This document shows positions 43,357 through 52,023 of a DNA stretch of 64,000 nucleotides, one piece after another. The stretch covers positions 20,862 through 84,861 of the forward strand of contig JACRMI010000139.1 in NCBI GenBank assembly GCA_016215025.1. Reading direction: 5' to 3'. Numbering within the stretch: the stretch's first letter is position 1; each line of letters begins with the position of its first letter. The translations under genes and the position numbers were made by a program. Source of the DNA: Chloroflexota bacterium. GTDB lineage: Bacteria; Chloroflexota; Anaerolineae; UBA4142. Under the pieces are notes generated by a model. The model did not search any database and had not been told where the DNA came from. It worked only from the letters and a program-made list of their open reading frames with translations.

Positions 43357-43791
43357 ATGCCGACGACATTCAATTATCACACGACAGTTGCTTGGAAGAA
43401 CGAACACTGGGGGCATCTCGTCTGCGGCAACGGCGCGGCAATGGATTTTTCTGCGCCGCCCGACGCGCACGGACACGCGGGCGTGCTGACACCCGAGGAC
43501 GCGTTCGTCGCCGCTGTAAATACGTGCGTGATGATGATGTTCCTATGGGCGTGCGAGCGGTTCAAGATTCCGCTCGTTTCATATGAATGTTACGCCGAAG
43601 GAACAAAGATTATTGAACTCGACCGCACCGAGTTGTTCACGAAAATCGTCCTTCGTCCCAAAATCCGCGTGAAAGAGTGCGACGAGACACGCGTACGCCG
43701 CGCGCTGGAATCGGCGCAAAAATATTCGCTCGTGGCGAATTCGATCAAATCTGAAATTATACTTGAATCGACGATTGAGGTTGTGCAGTGA
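43357..43791 (+). CDS. OsmC/Ohr-family peroxiredoxin-like protein
   Basis: 144 aa. Has the ..LTPEDAFVAAVNTCVMMMFLWACERF.. motif and the typical OsmC length and Cys placement. Confidence 0.8.
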   Translation: MPTTFNYHTTVAWKNEHWGHLVCGNGAAMDFSAPPDAHGHAGVLTPEDAFVAAVNTCVMMMFLWACERFKIPLVSYECYAEGTKIIELDRTELFTKIVLRPKIRVKECDETRVRRALESAQKYSLVANSIKSEIILESTIEVVQ

Positions 43792-44698
43792 GTTCATCAC
43801 AAGCGCTTTGGGCGCAGGTCAACGAACAAGGACATTTGGTTTTGCCGCCTGAAATGGTCGGTCAGTACGGGTTGAAACCAGGGGCGCGTCTGCGTCTTGA
43901 AAGCGAGACGAACAGCGTTCGCCTGCATCGCCCCGCGCCCAACTTGGCGAAGGTCTACATCTGGGCACTTGCTCCCCAAGGTCATTGAAAATATCAACGC
44001 CTTCCGCGCTTCGCGCCGAACGTGGTCGTATCGCCCCAAGCCCGAAATCGGCATCGCGTTTGTGGCGATGCACCGCAACATCAATGACTTGTCCAAAGTA
44101 ATCGCACTGGGGCGTTCCGTCGGCGCGACGCGTTTTTCCGTCAGCAACGGATTGCCCTATACGGAAGGAATGCGCAAGGAAACGTTGTACGAACGCACCT
44201 TGAAGGACGTTACCTATATGTCGTCGGTGTGGCTGGCCACGCTGAGCTTGCCTAAAAATGGATCTAAACAATTCGACGCGCGAGGCGTTCTTCGCGGCCT
44301 TGTCGAGTGGATGCAGCGTCACTTTTGCAGGAAACAAATTGAGCGGCGCGAACGTTGTGTGTGGTTTTATCGAAGGCGGCGCGATGGCGATTGGCTGGGA
44401 CGGCGGTGTGAGTCCTTGTCCGCCACTGCTGCACAACCACGTCGGTTATCTGCGTCAGCGTAAACGCGCTTTGCACCGACACATCATCGGCAAGGTGAGC
44501 GACCGCGCGTTGATCGATCTCTGGAATGATGCCGACTATGTCGCCTACCGCGAACGGGTGTAAGGATTTGTTTTTGCACCCTGCACCTTTTGTGGTGGTT
44601 GTGAGATGGTGGATGCGAATGAAGAGGATTGCCTCAGTAACAGTTTTCCAGCGTGCGGCGCGTGTCTGTGGGCGCAAGGCGTGATTCAATGTCCGTAA
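43788..44698 (+). pseudogene. Decayed AbrB/SpoVT-domain radical-SAM/SPASM gene (internal deletion, frameshift, in-frame stop)
   Basis: Frame 0 gives the AbrB-like N-terminus (..HLVLPPEMVGQYGLKPGARLRLE..) and stops where the CxxxCxxC core should begin. Frame +1 resumes at ..VIENINAF..IGIAFVAMHRNINDL.. Frame +2 carries the SPASM part (..IGWDGGVSPCP..), an in-frame TAA at 44561-44563, then ..FAPCTFCGGCEM....CGACLWAQGVIQCP. Confidence 0.6.
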
Positions 44699-44723
44699 AT
44701 ATCAATATCTGAAGGAGGTTTGT

Positions 44724-44975
44724 ATGCTTTCCGTTAAAGTGCTTGGTCCGGGATGTGCCAACTGCCAAAAGGTCGAGCAAATCGCTAAAAAGGTGGTTGC
44801 CACATTAAGCGTAGACGCGACTTTTCAAAAAGTCACCACGACGCAAGACATTATGAAGTATCCGATTCTGGCGACCCCGGGACTCGTCATCAACGAAAAA
44901 TTGGTGTGCGCGGGACGGATTCCGACCGAAACCGAAGTGACAACGTGGATTACAAGCGCGCTGGCGACCGCCTAG
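44724..44975 (+). CDS. Small thioredoxin-fold protein (MTH895/TM0996 redox-active disulfide type)
   Basis: 83 aa. VKVLGPGCANCQKVE CxxC motif. GGAGG SD. Located directly upstream of acr3. Confidence 0.8.
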   Translation: MLSVKVLGPGCANCQKVEQIAKKVVATLSVDATFQKVTTTQDIMKYPILATPGLVINEKLVCAGRIPTETEVTTWITSALATA

Positions 44976-45011
44976 CGCAAAAAGAAAATTCTAACCGGAG
45001 GAGTAGAGAAA

Positions 45012-46109
45012 ATGGCTCAAGCAAAGGTGGTGTCGCAACCACAAGTGGGTGTCTTTCAACAACTCTCAATGCTCGATCGTTTTTTGCCATTGTGGATTTT
45101 CGCGGCTATGGCACTGGGCATCATATTGGGTGCCGTCGCACCAGGTATCAAAGATGTCTTCAACGCGCTGTCCATCGGCACGGTCTCGTTCCCGATTGCC
45201 GTTGGATTGTTGTGGATGATGTATCCCGTGTTGGCGAAGGTCAAGTACGAAGAACTCGGCAAGGTCGCACAGGCGTGGGAACAATTCAGTGTGTCGCTCG
45301 TTTTAAACTGGGTTGTCGGTCCCGTCATCATGTTCATTCTCGCCTGGGTTCTGCTGCCTGATCTACCGCATTTTCGCACGGGCCTCATCATCGTCGGACT
45401 CGCGCGCTGTATTGCGATGGTACTCATTTGGAATATGCTCGCGGGGGGCGACAGTGAATACTGCGCCGTGCTCGTCGCCCTGAATAGCATTTTCCAAATC
45501 GTCATGTTCTCGCCACTCGCGTACTTTTTCCTTGTGATCGTGCCAGGCTGGTTCGGGTTACAAGGCACAGTAGTCAACATCGAGATGTCGGACATTGCCA
45601 AAAGTGTGTTGATTTTCCTGGGCATTCCACTGGCGGCGGGCATCATCACGCGGTTCTACTTTTTGCGAACGCGTGGCAAAGAATGGTACGAAACGAAATT
45701 GATGCCACGCCTTGGACCCACGGCGATGATCGGCTTGCTGTTCACGATTGTCGTGATGTTCTCGATGCAAGGCGACAAAATTCTGGCTGCGCCACTCGAT
45801 GTTCTGCGGGTCGCGATTCCATTGCTGATCTACTTTGTCGTCATGTTCTTTGCGTCGTTTGCGCTTTCGCTCTGGCGCAACTTCCCATACGAACTTGCGG
45901 CAACGCAATCATTCACTGCGGCAAGCAACAATTTCGAACTCGCGATCGCGGTGGCAGTCGGCACGTTCACCATCGCGTCGCAAGAAGCGCTCGCGGCGGT
46001 CATCGGTCCGCTGATCGAAGTTCCGGTATTGATTGGCTTGGTATACGTCGCATTATGGATCAAGCAGGCATGGTTCAAACCCGCCGAGGCGAAAGCAATT
46101 GCGGAATAA
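45012..46109 (+). CDS. acr3: ACR3-family arsenite efflux permease
   Basis: LSMLDRFLPLWIFAAMALGI..., the conserved GLARCIAMV segment with the ACR3 Cys, and 10 TM spans. Confidence 0.95.
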   Translation: MAQAKVVSQPQVGVFQQLSMLDRFLPLWIFAAMALGIILGAVAPGIKDVFNALSIGTVSFPIAVGLLWMMYPVLAKVKYEELGKVAQAWEQFSVSLVLNWVVGPVIMFILAWVLLPDLPHFRTGLIIVGLARCIAMVLIWNMLAGGDSEYCAVLVALNSIFQIVMFSPLAYFFLVIVPGWFGLQGTVVNIEMSDIAKSVLIFLGIPLAAGIITRFYFLRTRGKEWYETKLMPRLGPTAMIGLLFTIVVMFSMQGDKILAAPLDVLRVAIPLLIYFVVMFFASFALSLWRNFPYELAATQSFTAASNNFELAIAVAVGTFTIASQEALAAVIGPLIEVPVLIGLVYVALWIKQAWFKPAEAKAIAE

Positions 46110-46130
46110 AATTTTGGGGAGGAGAGGTGA

Positions 46131-47054
46131 ATGCCGCTCCTCCATTGGAGCAACATATTTACGCGCGTGCTCTTTCCAACCGATTTTTCCACCTACGCCA
46201 ATGCGGTCTTTGATTGCTTGCCCGAATTAAAGTCTGCGGGGCTAGAGCAAGTGATCTTGCTTTCTGTGATTCGCGAGAGCGATGTCCCGCTGGCAGACAC
46301 GCCGGTAAATGAAGAATCGTTCGCGCGCATCAGGTGGAGCGTGGAAGAGCAACTGCACATGGCGTAACACGCCTTGGAAGGGCAAGGCATCTCCACGCGT
46401 GCCCGCGTTGAGTATGGGAATCCGGCGCGCGAAATTGTGCCCCAGGACGAACGGGTTGATCTGATTGTGATAGGCGCGCAAGGACAGAGTCTCTTTCAGG
46501 ATGTGCTCCTGGGCAATACCGCATTTGATGTTCTGCGCCTGTCGCCGATTCCAGTGCTCATCGAAAATTGCGATGTGGTGCATGAGCTAGGGCATACAAA
46601 ATGCCGACGGATCTGCCAGCAAACCTTTACGCGCGTCCTGCATCCCACGGACTTTTCCGATTGCGCGAAAGCCGCCTTTCATATTGTCAAACGGCTCAAG
46701 CCCGCCGGTACCGAGCAGGTCATCTTGTTGCATGTTCAAGATGACCACGCGATGCAACATCGTTCTGCCGAACAAATCGCCGAATTTGATGGCGATGACT
46801 ATCAGCGTCTTGAGCAAATGCAACGTGCGCTGACACTGGATGGCCTATCTGCTGCCAAAACCATCGTGCGACATGGCGTCCCATTCCGAGAGACCTTACG
46901 CGTTGCGGACGAAGAAAAGGCAACCGTTATCGTGTTAGGCCTGTACGGTCGCAGTGCCGTGGCAGAGATGGTCTTTGGAAGTACATTCGAGAAAATCGTG
47001 CGTACCAGTCGTCGCCCAGTTTTGGTGGTGCGAATGGAACCTCAGTCAACGTAG
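46131..47054 (+). pseudogene. Tandem universal stress protein (2 Usp domains) interrupted by one in-frame TAA
   Basis: ORFs 46131-46367 and 46374-47054 share one frame. TAA 46365-46367 splits the first Usp domain (...EEQLHMA*HALEGQGISTRARVEYGNPAREI...). The second domain is intact. Confidence 0.55.
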
Positions 47055-47067
47055 GATACAACGCCGC

Positions 47068-47093
47068 GCCGCAGTATGAGGTGCGGCTTTTTT
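47068..47093 (+). terminator. rho-independent terminator closing the arsR-to-usp operon
   Basis: gccgca / tgcggc stem with an 8-nt loop, followed by tttttt. Confidence 0.65.
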
Positions 47094-47125
47094 AGCACAG
47101 CTTGGCTCTACGAAAGGAGGGCATT

Positions 47126-47341
47126 ATGCTATACGTACTCCTTTCGATCTTATTATTCATTCTATCGTTCGTCACAGGGATGCTTGGACTGGGTGTGGCT
47201 TTCATCGCGAAACCTGGGTTGGGCCTGTTCGGCTTATAGCTCAAGCATGTGATTATGCCACGGAGTCTTTGGCTTAACGGCGTGACTGCCATCAGGGGTG
47301 CAGTGCATTTGTCCGTGCCAAAAGGAGGTCACAGTGAGTGA
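47126..47341 (+). pseudogene. Remnant of a TauE/SafE-type permease N-terminus with an in-frame TAG
   Basis: AAAGGAGG SD precedes MLYVLLSILLFILSFVTGMLGLGVAFIAKPGLGLFGL*LKHVIMPRSLWLNGVTAIRGAVH.. (TAG at 47237-47239). It is truncated after about 70 codons by the next gene. Confidence 0.35.
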
Positions 47342-47645
47342 ACGCGGACCTAATCTATGGCGTCAGCCGCAGTGCTGTGGAGGACAACGCGAGGAAATTG
47401 TACAAGTAGACTTGTTTGGCGACGGACACATCGTTGGCTTGGTCGCGCTGGATCAGATTTTCGAGCAATTGTACGCGATGGATCGCGCGCCGGAAGAATC
47501 GCTGAAAGATGAACTCGTGAAGATGGTGGCCGCGAAAAATTACATCGCACCGAAAGCTGAACACCAGTACGCCGCAGGCTTATTGCGCGAGTACGCCAAA
47601 TTCTGCACACAGAAGAAAACACAAAACTCTGGAGGGCACGGATGA
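47334..47645 (+). CDS. Small Cys-containing protein homologous to the C-terminal domain of the 42120 DGC protein
   Basis: GTG 47334 lies 5 nt after AAAGGAGG. The sequence ..QCCGGQREEIVQVDLFGDGHIVGLVALDQIFEQL....APEE...ELV....NYI.......Y..GLLREYAKF parallels CSCGSGIPVMRLDIAGKGVEVVALPLIFEE....SPEQ.... ATGA overlaps the next gene. Confidence 0.55.
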   Translation: MSERGPNLWRQPQCCGGQREEIVQVDLFGDGHIVGLVALDQIFEQLYAMDRAPEESLKDELVKMVAAKNYIAPKAEHQYAAGLLREYAKFCTQKKTQNSGGHG

Positions 47646-48148
47646 ATCTCAAGCCAAAAATTGGAATCCTGTTTGCGCTAGTGATATTGCTCGGTATTAG
47701 TTTAGCCGGTTGCGGTACTGGTAACCCACCAACCCAAACCACGACCGTGAATGCCTTAGCCACTGGCACCACCCGCTCGGTGAATGATTTTAGCGAGTTG
47801 CCCAAAGCAACGGCCAGTCATGTGGAGGTCATTTACTTTCATCGGTCGGTGCGGTGCGAGGCGTGCCTGAATGCCGAAAATTATACCCGGGAAACTCTGA
47901 CCAGATACTTTGCCGATCAAGTGAAAAGCGGATTGATCACACTGCAAGTGTTGGATATGGAAAAACCGGAGAATGCCGCGCTCGTGAAAAAATTCGATGC
48001 CTCGGGTTCGGCACTCTATTTGAGCGCAGTGATTCAGGGCAACGAGTATCTGTGTCCAAATCCCGACATCTGGTTCTACACGAGCAACAAGTACTTGTTC
48101 GTGGACACCCTAAGAAAAAAACTGGCTTCTCTGGTGGAGGGTTCGTAA
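47642..48148 (+). CDS. Thioredoxin-fold lipoprotein resembling ArsF-family (nitrophenyl-arsenical nitroreductase subunit) proteins
   Basis: Lipobox SLAGC. VEVIYFHRSVRCEACLNAENY motif. Translationally coupled (TAATG) to the ArsG-like permease. Family name recalled from memory, not searched. Confidence 0.55.
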   Translation: MNLKPKIGILFALVILLGISLAGCGTGNPPTQTTTVNALATGTTRSVNDFSELPKATASHVEVIYFHRSVRCEACLNAENYTRETLTRYFADQVKSGLITLQVLDMEKPENAALVKKFDASGSALYLSAVIQGNEYLCPNPDIWFYTSNKYLFVDTLRKKLASLVEGS

Positions 48149-48867
48149 TGGACCTGGGTCCCTGGGTGCAGATGGTTCTGACCACTGACAACGCACCCTT
48201 GGTTGGTGCCCTCCTCGTCGGATTGCTTGCCTCCCTTGGTCCGTGCCCCCTGACAACGAATATAGCCGCCCTGGGCTATATCACGCGCGAACTGGCAAGT
48301 CCGCAGCGAGTGTTTCTCACCAGCGGGTTATATGCTCTAGGACGCATCTGTGCGTACGGTGTCCTGGGAGTTGCTCTATTCGCAGCAGGATTACAGATCA
48401 GCCGCGTGTCCCATAGTTTGCAGACCTTTGCGGAAATCGCGCTAGGACCGTTACTGATTCTCGTTGGGTTAGTGCTCTGCGATGTGCTTCGCCCGACGGT
48501 GAGTATTGGCGGCGCGTGGATAGAGAACTGGTCAAAACGAGTCGCGGATTGGAGCAGCGTTGGAGCATTCTTGCTCGGCATTTTGTTCGCGCTCGCTTTT
48601 TGTCCCTACAGCGCCGCACTCTATTTCGGCGTGTTAATGCCGTTGGCGTTCAAATCGCCGGAGGGAATTATTTTTCCCTTTTTATTCGGTCTTGGGACGA
48701 GTGTGCCTGTGCTGGTCATCGGCATACCCTTTGCGCTTGGCGTGAAACGCCTAGCCAGCGCACTAGATCTGCTTGCGCGTGTCGAGCGGGGGATGCGCAA
48801 AGTGGCCGCGCTCGCGTTCATCGGCGTTGGTCTATTTATGGTCTGGAACTGGGTCGCGACGATCTAA
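48148..48867 (+). CDS. DsbD/CcdA-fold membrane protein resembling ArsG-family aromatic-arsenical efflux permeases
   Basis: Start MDLGPW at the TAATG overlap (the ORF is open to 47854). SLGPCPLTTN and FCPYSA motifs. About 6 TM spans. Confidence 0.65.
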   Translation: MDLGPWVQMVLTTDNAPLVGALLVGLLASLGPCPLTTNIAALGYITRELASPQRVFLTSGLYALGRICAYGVLGVALFAAGLQISRVSHSLQTFAEIALGPLLILVGLVLCDVLRPTVSIGGAWIENWSKRVADWSSVGAFLLGILFALAFCPYSAALYFGVLMPLAFKSPEGIIFPFLFGLGTSVPVLVIGIPFALGVKRLASALDLLARVERGMRKVAALAFIGVGLFMVWNWVATI

Positions 48868-48922
48868 TGATCGTGGACAACCCGTACAATACCAGGACTT
48901 TCACTCAAGTGTCCGTTTTCGT

Positions 48923-48991
48923 GTCACCCTGAGCGTTAGCGAAGGGTCTCTACCCCTGAAACCAGAGATTCTTTGCTTCGCTCAGAATGAC
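48923..48991. repeat. Family-A hairpin repeat
   Basis: gtcaccctgagcgttagcgaagggtctc ... gagattctttgcttcgctcagaatgac. The two arms are imperfect inverted copies and match the 18040-18126 units. Confidence 0.75.
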
Positions 48992-49035
48992 AAGCGAAAG
49001 TCCTGAATACAAAATCATGACCCACAAGGAGTGTC

Positions 49036-49569
49036 TTGATGAAGGTTTCACGTTGGTTTATTGTATCGATGGTGTTGTGGATGTACGTTGGTTGTGCAAC
49101 CACGCCTCTGCCGACTCCTAGTCCTGTGCCAACCCTTGTTCCCTCGCCAACTGCAATTGTGCCAAGTCCTACGGGGGTGATGTCCACCATTGTCATGAAT
49201 CGTCTTGCCCCGGCGGATGTGCCCGCTTGTCCTGGTGCCCAAGGCATAGAGAAACAAATCGAATTTTCTTGGACCGGAATTGAAGACGTGTATCGAAACG
49301 CGCCGGAATCCAACTGGACTTTTTATCGTTGTGACGCGCCTCTGGGGACCGTGGCAGCATTTTATCGCCGCTGGATGCCTGAGCAATACGGTTGGGTACA
49401 AACGTCTTGGGAGGAACATGCGAATGCGACACTGGGAGTCTACTTCTACAGTACGGGTACTTCAAGCGTGCCAAATCGGTGGCTGTATCTGTGGTTTTTG
49501 CCGGATGCATCCACGAAGCAATACTCCTATCTCGTAGCGGCTTGGTGGGAAGCACCGAAAAGCTGCTGA
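49036..49569 (+). CDS. Hypothetical lipoprotein
   Basis: Signal peptide plus lipobox (..LWMYVGC), followed by a Pro/Thr-rich linker. No recognisable domain. Confidence 0.55.
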   Translation: MMKVSRWFIVSMVLWMYVGCATTPLPTPSPVPTLVPSPTAIVPSPTGVMSTIVMNRLAPADVPACPGAQGIEKQIEFSWTGIEDVYRNAPESNWTFYRCDAPLGTVAAFYRRWMPEQYGWVQTSWEEHANATLGVYFYSTGTSSVPNRWLYLWFLPDASTKQYSYLVAAWWEAPKSC

Positions 49570-49578
49570 CAATAGTGC

Positions 49579-49959
49579 TTGGCGCATCGTCGATGCGCTT
49601 TGATTCATGTTCCTGTTTTCATATCTGATATTTTTCATGACAAAGCCAAAACATGCGAGTATGGTGCAATACATACAACTGAAATCATTGAAACGGCTTT
49701 TGAAAAAGCACGCGAAATACTGACGAGTGAATCTAGTCCCATTGGCTTGATGGCTTCGCCTGAAGGTTATCCGCATGTGTGGGCACGTGACAGTGTGATC
49801 ACGTCGCCCGGCGCAGCATTCCTACCCGAACACAGTAATTGTCTGCGGCTCAGTTTAGAAACATTGGGAGGACAGCAATCTGAACTCGGCGCGATTCCAA
49901 ACAATGTGAGCGTAGCAACAGGGCGACTTGATCACACGAACGTGGATGGGCTGCGCTGA
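49579..49959 (+). pseudogene. N-terminal fragment of a glycogen-debranching / GH100-invertase-like (alpha/alpha)6 glycosidase
   Basis: ..GLMASPEGYPHVWARDSVITSPGAAFL....LGGQQSELGAIPNNV.. fits the N-terminal third of this family. The ORF stops after 126 aa. No continuation is found in any frame over the next 430 nt. Confidence 0.4.
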
Positions 49960-50389
49960 GTGCGAAAGAAGGTGCACGATGACACATATCTCTTGTTGCC
50001 AACTCGATGAGTTTCTTTCATGAGTAACCAAACCATGCCATCGGTCACGATAGATGTCAACCGATGATGCTGTACGCTCAGTGGGGTGTGACACGCGGGC
50101 AAACTCATTGCAGCCGAAACAGAACTCAGCGGAACCGCAGACTAATGGCGCACGACTATGGCGCATTGTCCCGGAGGCAATGGAATAGCCAATCGAGGTG
50201 CGGTCGTGCAGGCACAAGGATCCGCACTTTAAGAGAATTTTCAGATGAAGAATGGCGGCTTGGGCGAGTTGCCGTTTTAGCCACGCGCATCCGCGATTCT
50301 TGCTACATTCACGATACAATCAGCGTGTGGATCAACGAACTGCCGGCAACGCCCGAAAAGGTATTCCAGGTGCTATAAGGAAAAACAAA

Positions 50390-50536
50390 ATGAAAAAAGC
50401 CTTGGTGATTCCATTGACCGATAAAGAATTGCAGGAGGTTTATCGCATTCTGATTGATCGTGACAAAGACGCGGCGTGGGATTTTCTCAACGAGTATGCG
50501 CGGGCACCTTTACACAATGTAATGACGGGCGGCTGA
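50390..50536 (+). CDS. 48-aa hypothetical protein
   Basis: ATG 50390 has a weak AAGGA SD. Sequence: MKKALVIPLTDKELQEVYRILIDRDKDAAWDFLNEYARAPLHNVMTGG. Directly upstream of the Fe-S paralog. Confidence 0.3.
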   Translation: MKKALVIPLTDKELQEVYRILIDRDKDAAWDFLNEYARAPLHNVMTGG

Positions 50537-50600
50537 ACCGTAATGCTCAAAGTGCCTGGGGCAGGTACTGTTCCACCGGCGCAACGTGGGGTACAGTGAA

Positions 50601-51158
50601 ATGTTAGTCGAATATATCACACTCGATCACACGCGTCCGTGTCTCGCGGAACCTGGCAAAATGGTCATCGTGGGTAAACCATCCTGCACCATTGACGCAG
50701 TCTTCCCCCTATTGAACGCGATGTTGCCCAATGTCATCAGCTACAATCCGCGTGCAGGTGCGCTCGTCCTTCGCCGTAAACCCGGGTTCATAACCTTGCT
50801 GACCAATGAAACCATCATCACGCAAGTGAAAGATGCCGATGAAGGACTGGCTCTCCTCGACGCATTACGCGATTTGTTAAATCAAACCTGGGAACAACGC
50901 GAAACAATTGAGCCGCGCAATGAAGAACGCCGCACCCCACGCCCACTCGACGTGTGGGAATTATTGCCGCGCACGAACTGTCGTCAATGTGGCGAGGCGA
51001 CCTGTATGGCATTCGGATTTGCCTTACTCGAAGCGCGGCGTCGGATGGAGGAGTGTGCGCCATTGTGGGAAGCCAATGCATTGGAACAGCGCGAGACCTT
51101 GCGTGGACTGCTGGGCAACTTTGAACCAGTGAGTTCCGTGTGGCGCAAGAGTGAATAA
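50601..51158 (+). CDS. Fe-S-binding protein, paralog of 42823-43353
   Basis: MLVEYITLDHTRPCLAEPGK.. and ..LLPRTNCRQCGEATCMAFGFALL....C parallel MLLQSYHLNVFAPPCEPGAE.. and ..LLPATNCKACGQPTCFTFALKV....C. Confidence 0.6.
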   Translation: MLVEYITLDHTRPCLAEPGKMVIVGKPSCTIDAVFPLLNAMLPNVISYNPRAGALVLRRKPGFITLLTNETIITQVKDADEGLALLDALRDLLNQTWEQRETIEPRNEERRTPRPLDVWELLPRTNCRQCGEATCMAFGFALLEARRRMEECAPLWEANALEQRETLRGLLGNFEPVSSVWRKSE

Positions 51159-51194
51159 TGGCGTGAGTATCAAGTCGCGCGAATAAAATTAGCA

Positions 51195-51225
51195 ACCCTC
51201 GCAGAGCTTATACCCTTGCGAGGGT
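51195..51225. terminator. Hairpin between convergent genes
   Basis: accctcgca / tgcgagggt 9-bp stem with a 13-nt loop. Weak flanking T-runs. Confidence 0.4.
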
Positions 51226-51270
51226 CGTTGATTTCAGCGTGTCTGTTTCATCGTCAGCAATTCTAAATGC

Positions 51271-51966
51271 TCAATCCGTCTTGAGTCGATAGCCGACGCC
51301 TAATTCTGTGGTCAGATAACGCGGGCGGGCTGGATCGATTTCGAGTTTGTGGCGGAGTTGGGTCATATAGACACGCAAATATTGACTCTCATCCGCATAC
51401 GCGGGTCCCCACACTACTTTCAGCAATTGACGATGCGTAACCACTTTGCCCGCGTACCGCACAAGTGTCGTCAAAAGTTTATATTCAATCGGTGTCAGAT
51501 GGATTTCGTTGCCGCCGATTGAAACCTGGCGTTTGCTCAAATCCACTTGCAAATTCCCCACGACAAATAGTGGTTCTTCTTTCTCCGGGACGCGCGCTGC
51601 ATGGCGAAGAATAACTCGAATGCGCGCGAGCAATTCGCTGACGCTGAACGGTTTGGTCAAGTAATCGTCTGCACCGGCGTCGAGCGCGGTGACTTTGTCG
51701 CTTTCTTGCCCACGTGCCGACAGAATGATGATCGGCAATAATGTCCATTCGCGCAGTTGATGAATGACCTCTAAACCATCCAAGTCCGGCAATCCCAAGT
51801 CGAGAATAATCAGATCAAGTTGTCGCGTTGAAGCAAGCGCTAATCCTTCCTTCGCGGTTCCGGCTTCGAGAAATTGATAGCCATGATTCACCAACGCCGT
51901 ACGCAAAAAGCGACGAATAGGTAGTTCATCTTCGATGACAAGAATGCTGGGTAAATTTTCTGCCAT
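51271..51966 (-). CDS. kdpE: OmpR-family response regulator KdpE
   Basis: Receiver domain (LIILDLGLPDLDG) plus winged helix (LTPIEYKLLTTLVRYAGKVVTHRQLL..VWG......YLRVYMTQLRHKLE). Sits at the end of the kdp locus. ATG 51966 is taken as start; a TTG at 51981 is also open. Confidence 0.9.
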   Translation of the reverse strand: MAENLPSILVIEDELPIRRFLRTALVNHGYQFLEAGTAKEGLALASTRQLDLIILDLGLPDLDGLEVIHQLREWTLLPIIILSARGQESDKVTALDAGADDYLTKPFSVSELLARIRVILRHAARVPEKEEPLFVVGNLQVDLSKRQVSIGGNEIHLTPIEYKLLTTLVRYAGKVVTHRQLLKVVWGPAYADESQYLRVYMTQLRHKLEIDPARPRYLTTELGVGYRLKTD

Positions 51967-52023
51967 GTTGCCAACAACCAAGTTTCGCGAAACGAGGAAA
52001 ACCTGGTTTCTTGCTCCTTCAGG

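Noticed and set aside
43819-44436. 205-aa minus-strand ORF across the radical-SAM pseudogene
   Set aside because: It has no SD, it is Arg/Ala-rich, and it is antisense to frames that show radical-SAM/SPASM motifs. I regard it as a shadow ORF that stays open because the sense gene is GC-rich.
45056-45649. 197-aa minus-strand ORF
   Set aside because: It is antisense to acr3, whose + strand product is an unambiguous ACR3 permease.
46365-46367. Recoding (selenocysteine or pyrrolysine) at the in-frame stops in usp, the rSAM gene and the TauE remnant
   Set aside because: The stops are TAA, TAA and TAG in decayed or truncated genes. I saw no SECIS-like or PYLIS-like element, and there are no pyl or sel genes in the window. 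Mutation or assembly error is the simpler explanation.
47092-47292. 66-aa minus-strand ORF
   Set aside because: The + strand here has an SD-led TauE/SafE-like remnant. The minus-strand ORF has no start context.
49960-50389. Possible decayed IS200/IS605 TnpB remnant: the minus strand reads ..LKCGSLCLHD....VCGSAEFCFGCNEF..ERTASSVDI
   Set aside because: The resemblance to the TnpB zinc-finger/RuvC-III end is vague and out of register. No terminal hairpins and no other transposase parts are present. It cannot be supported without a search.
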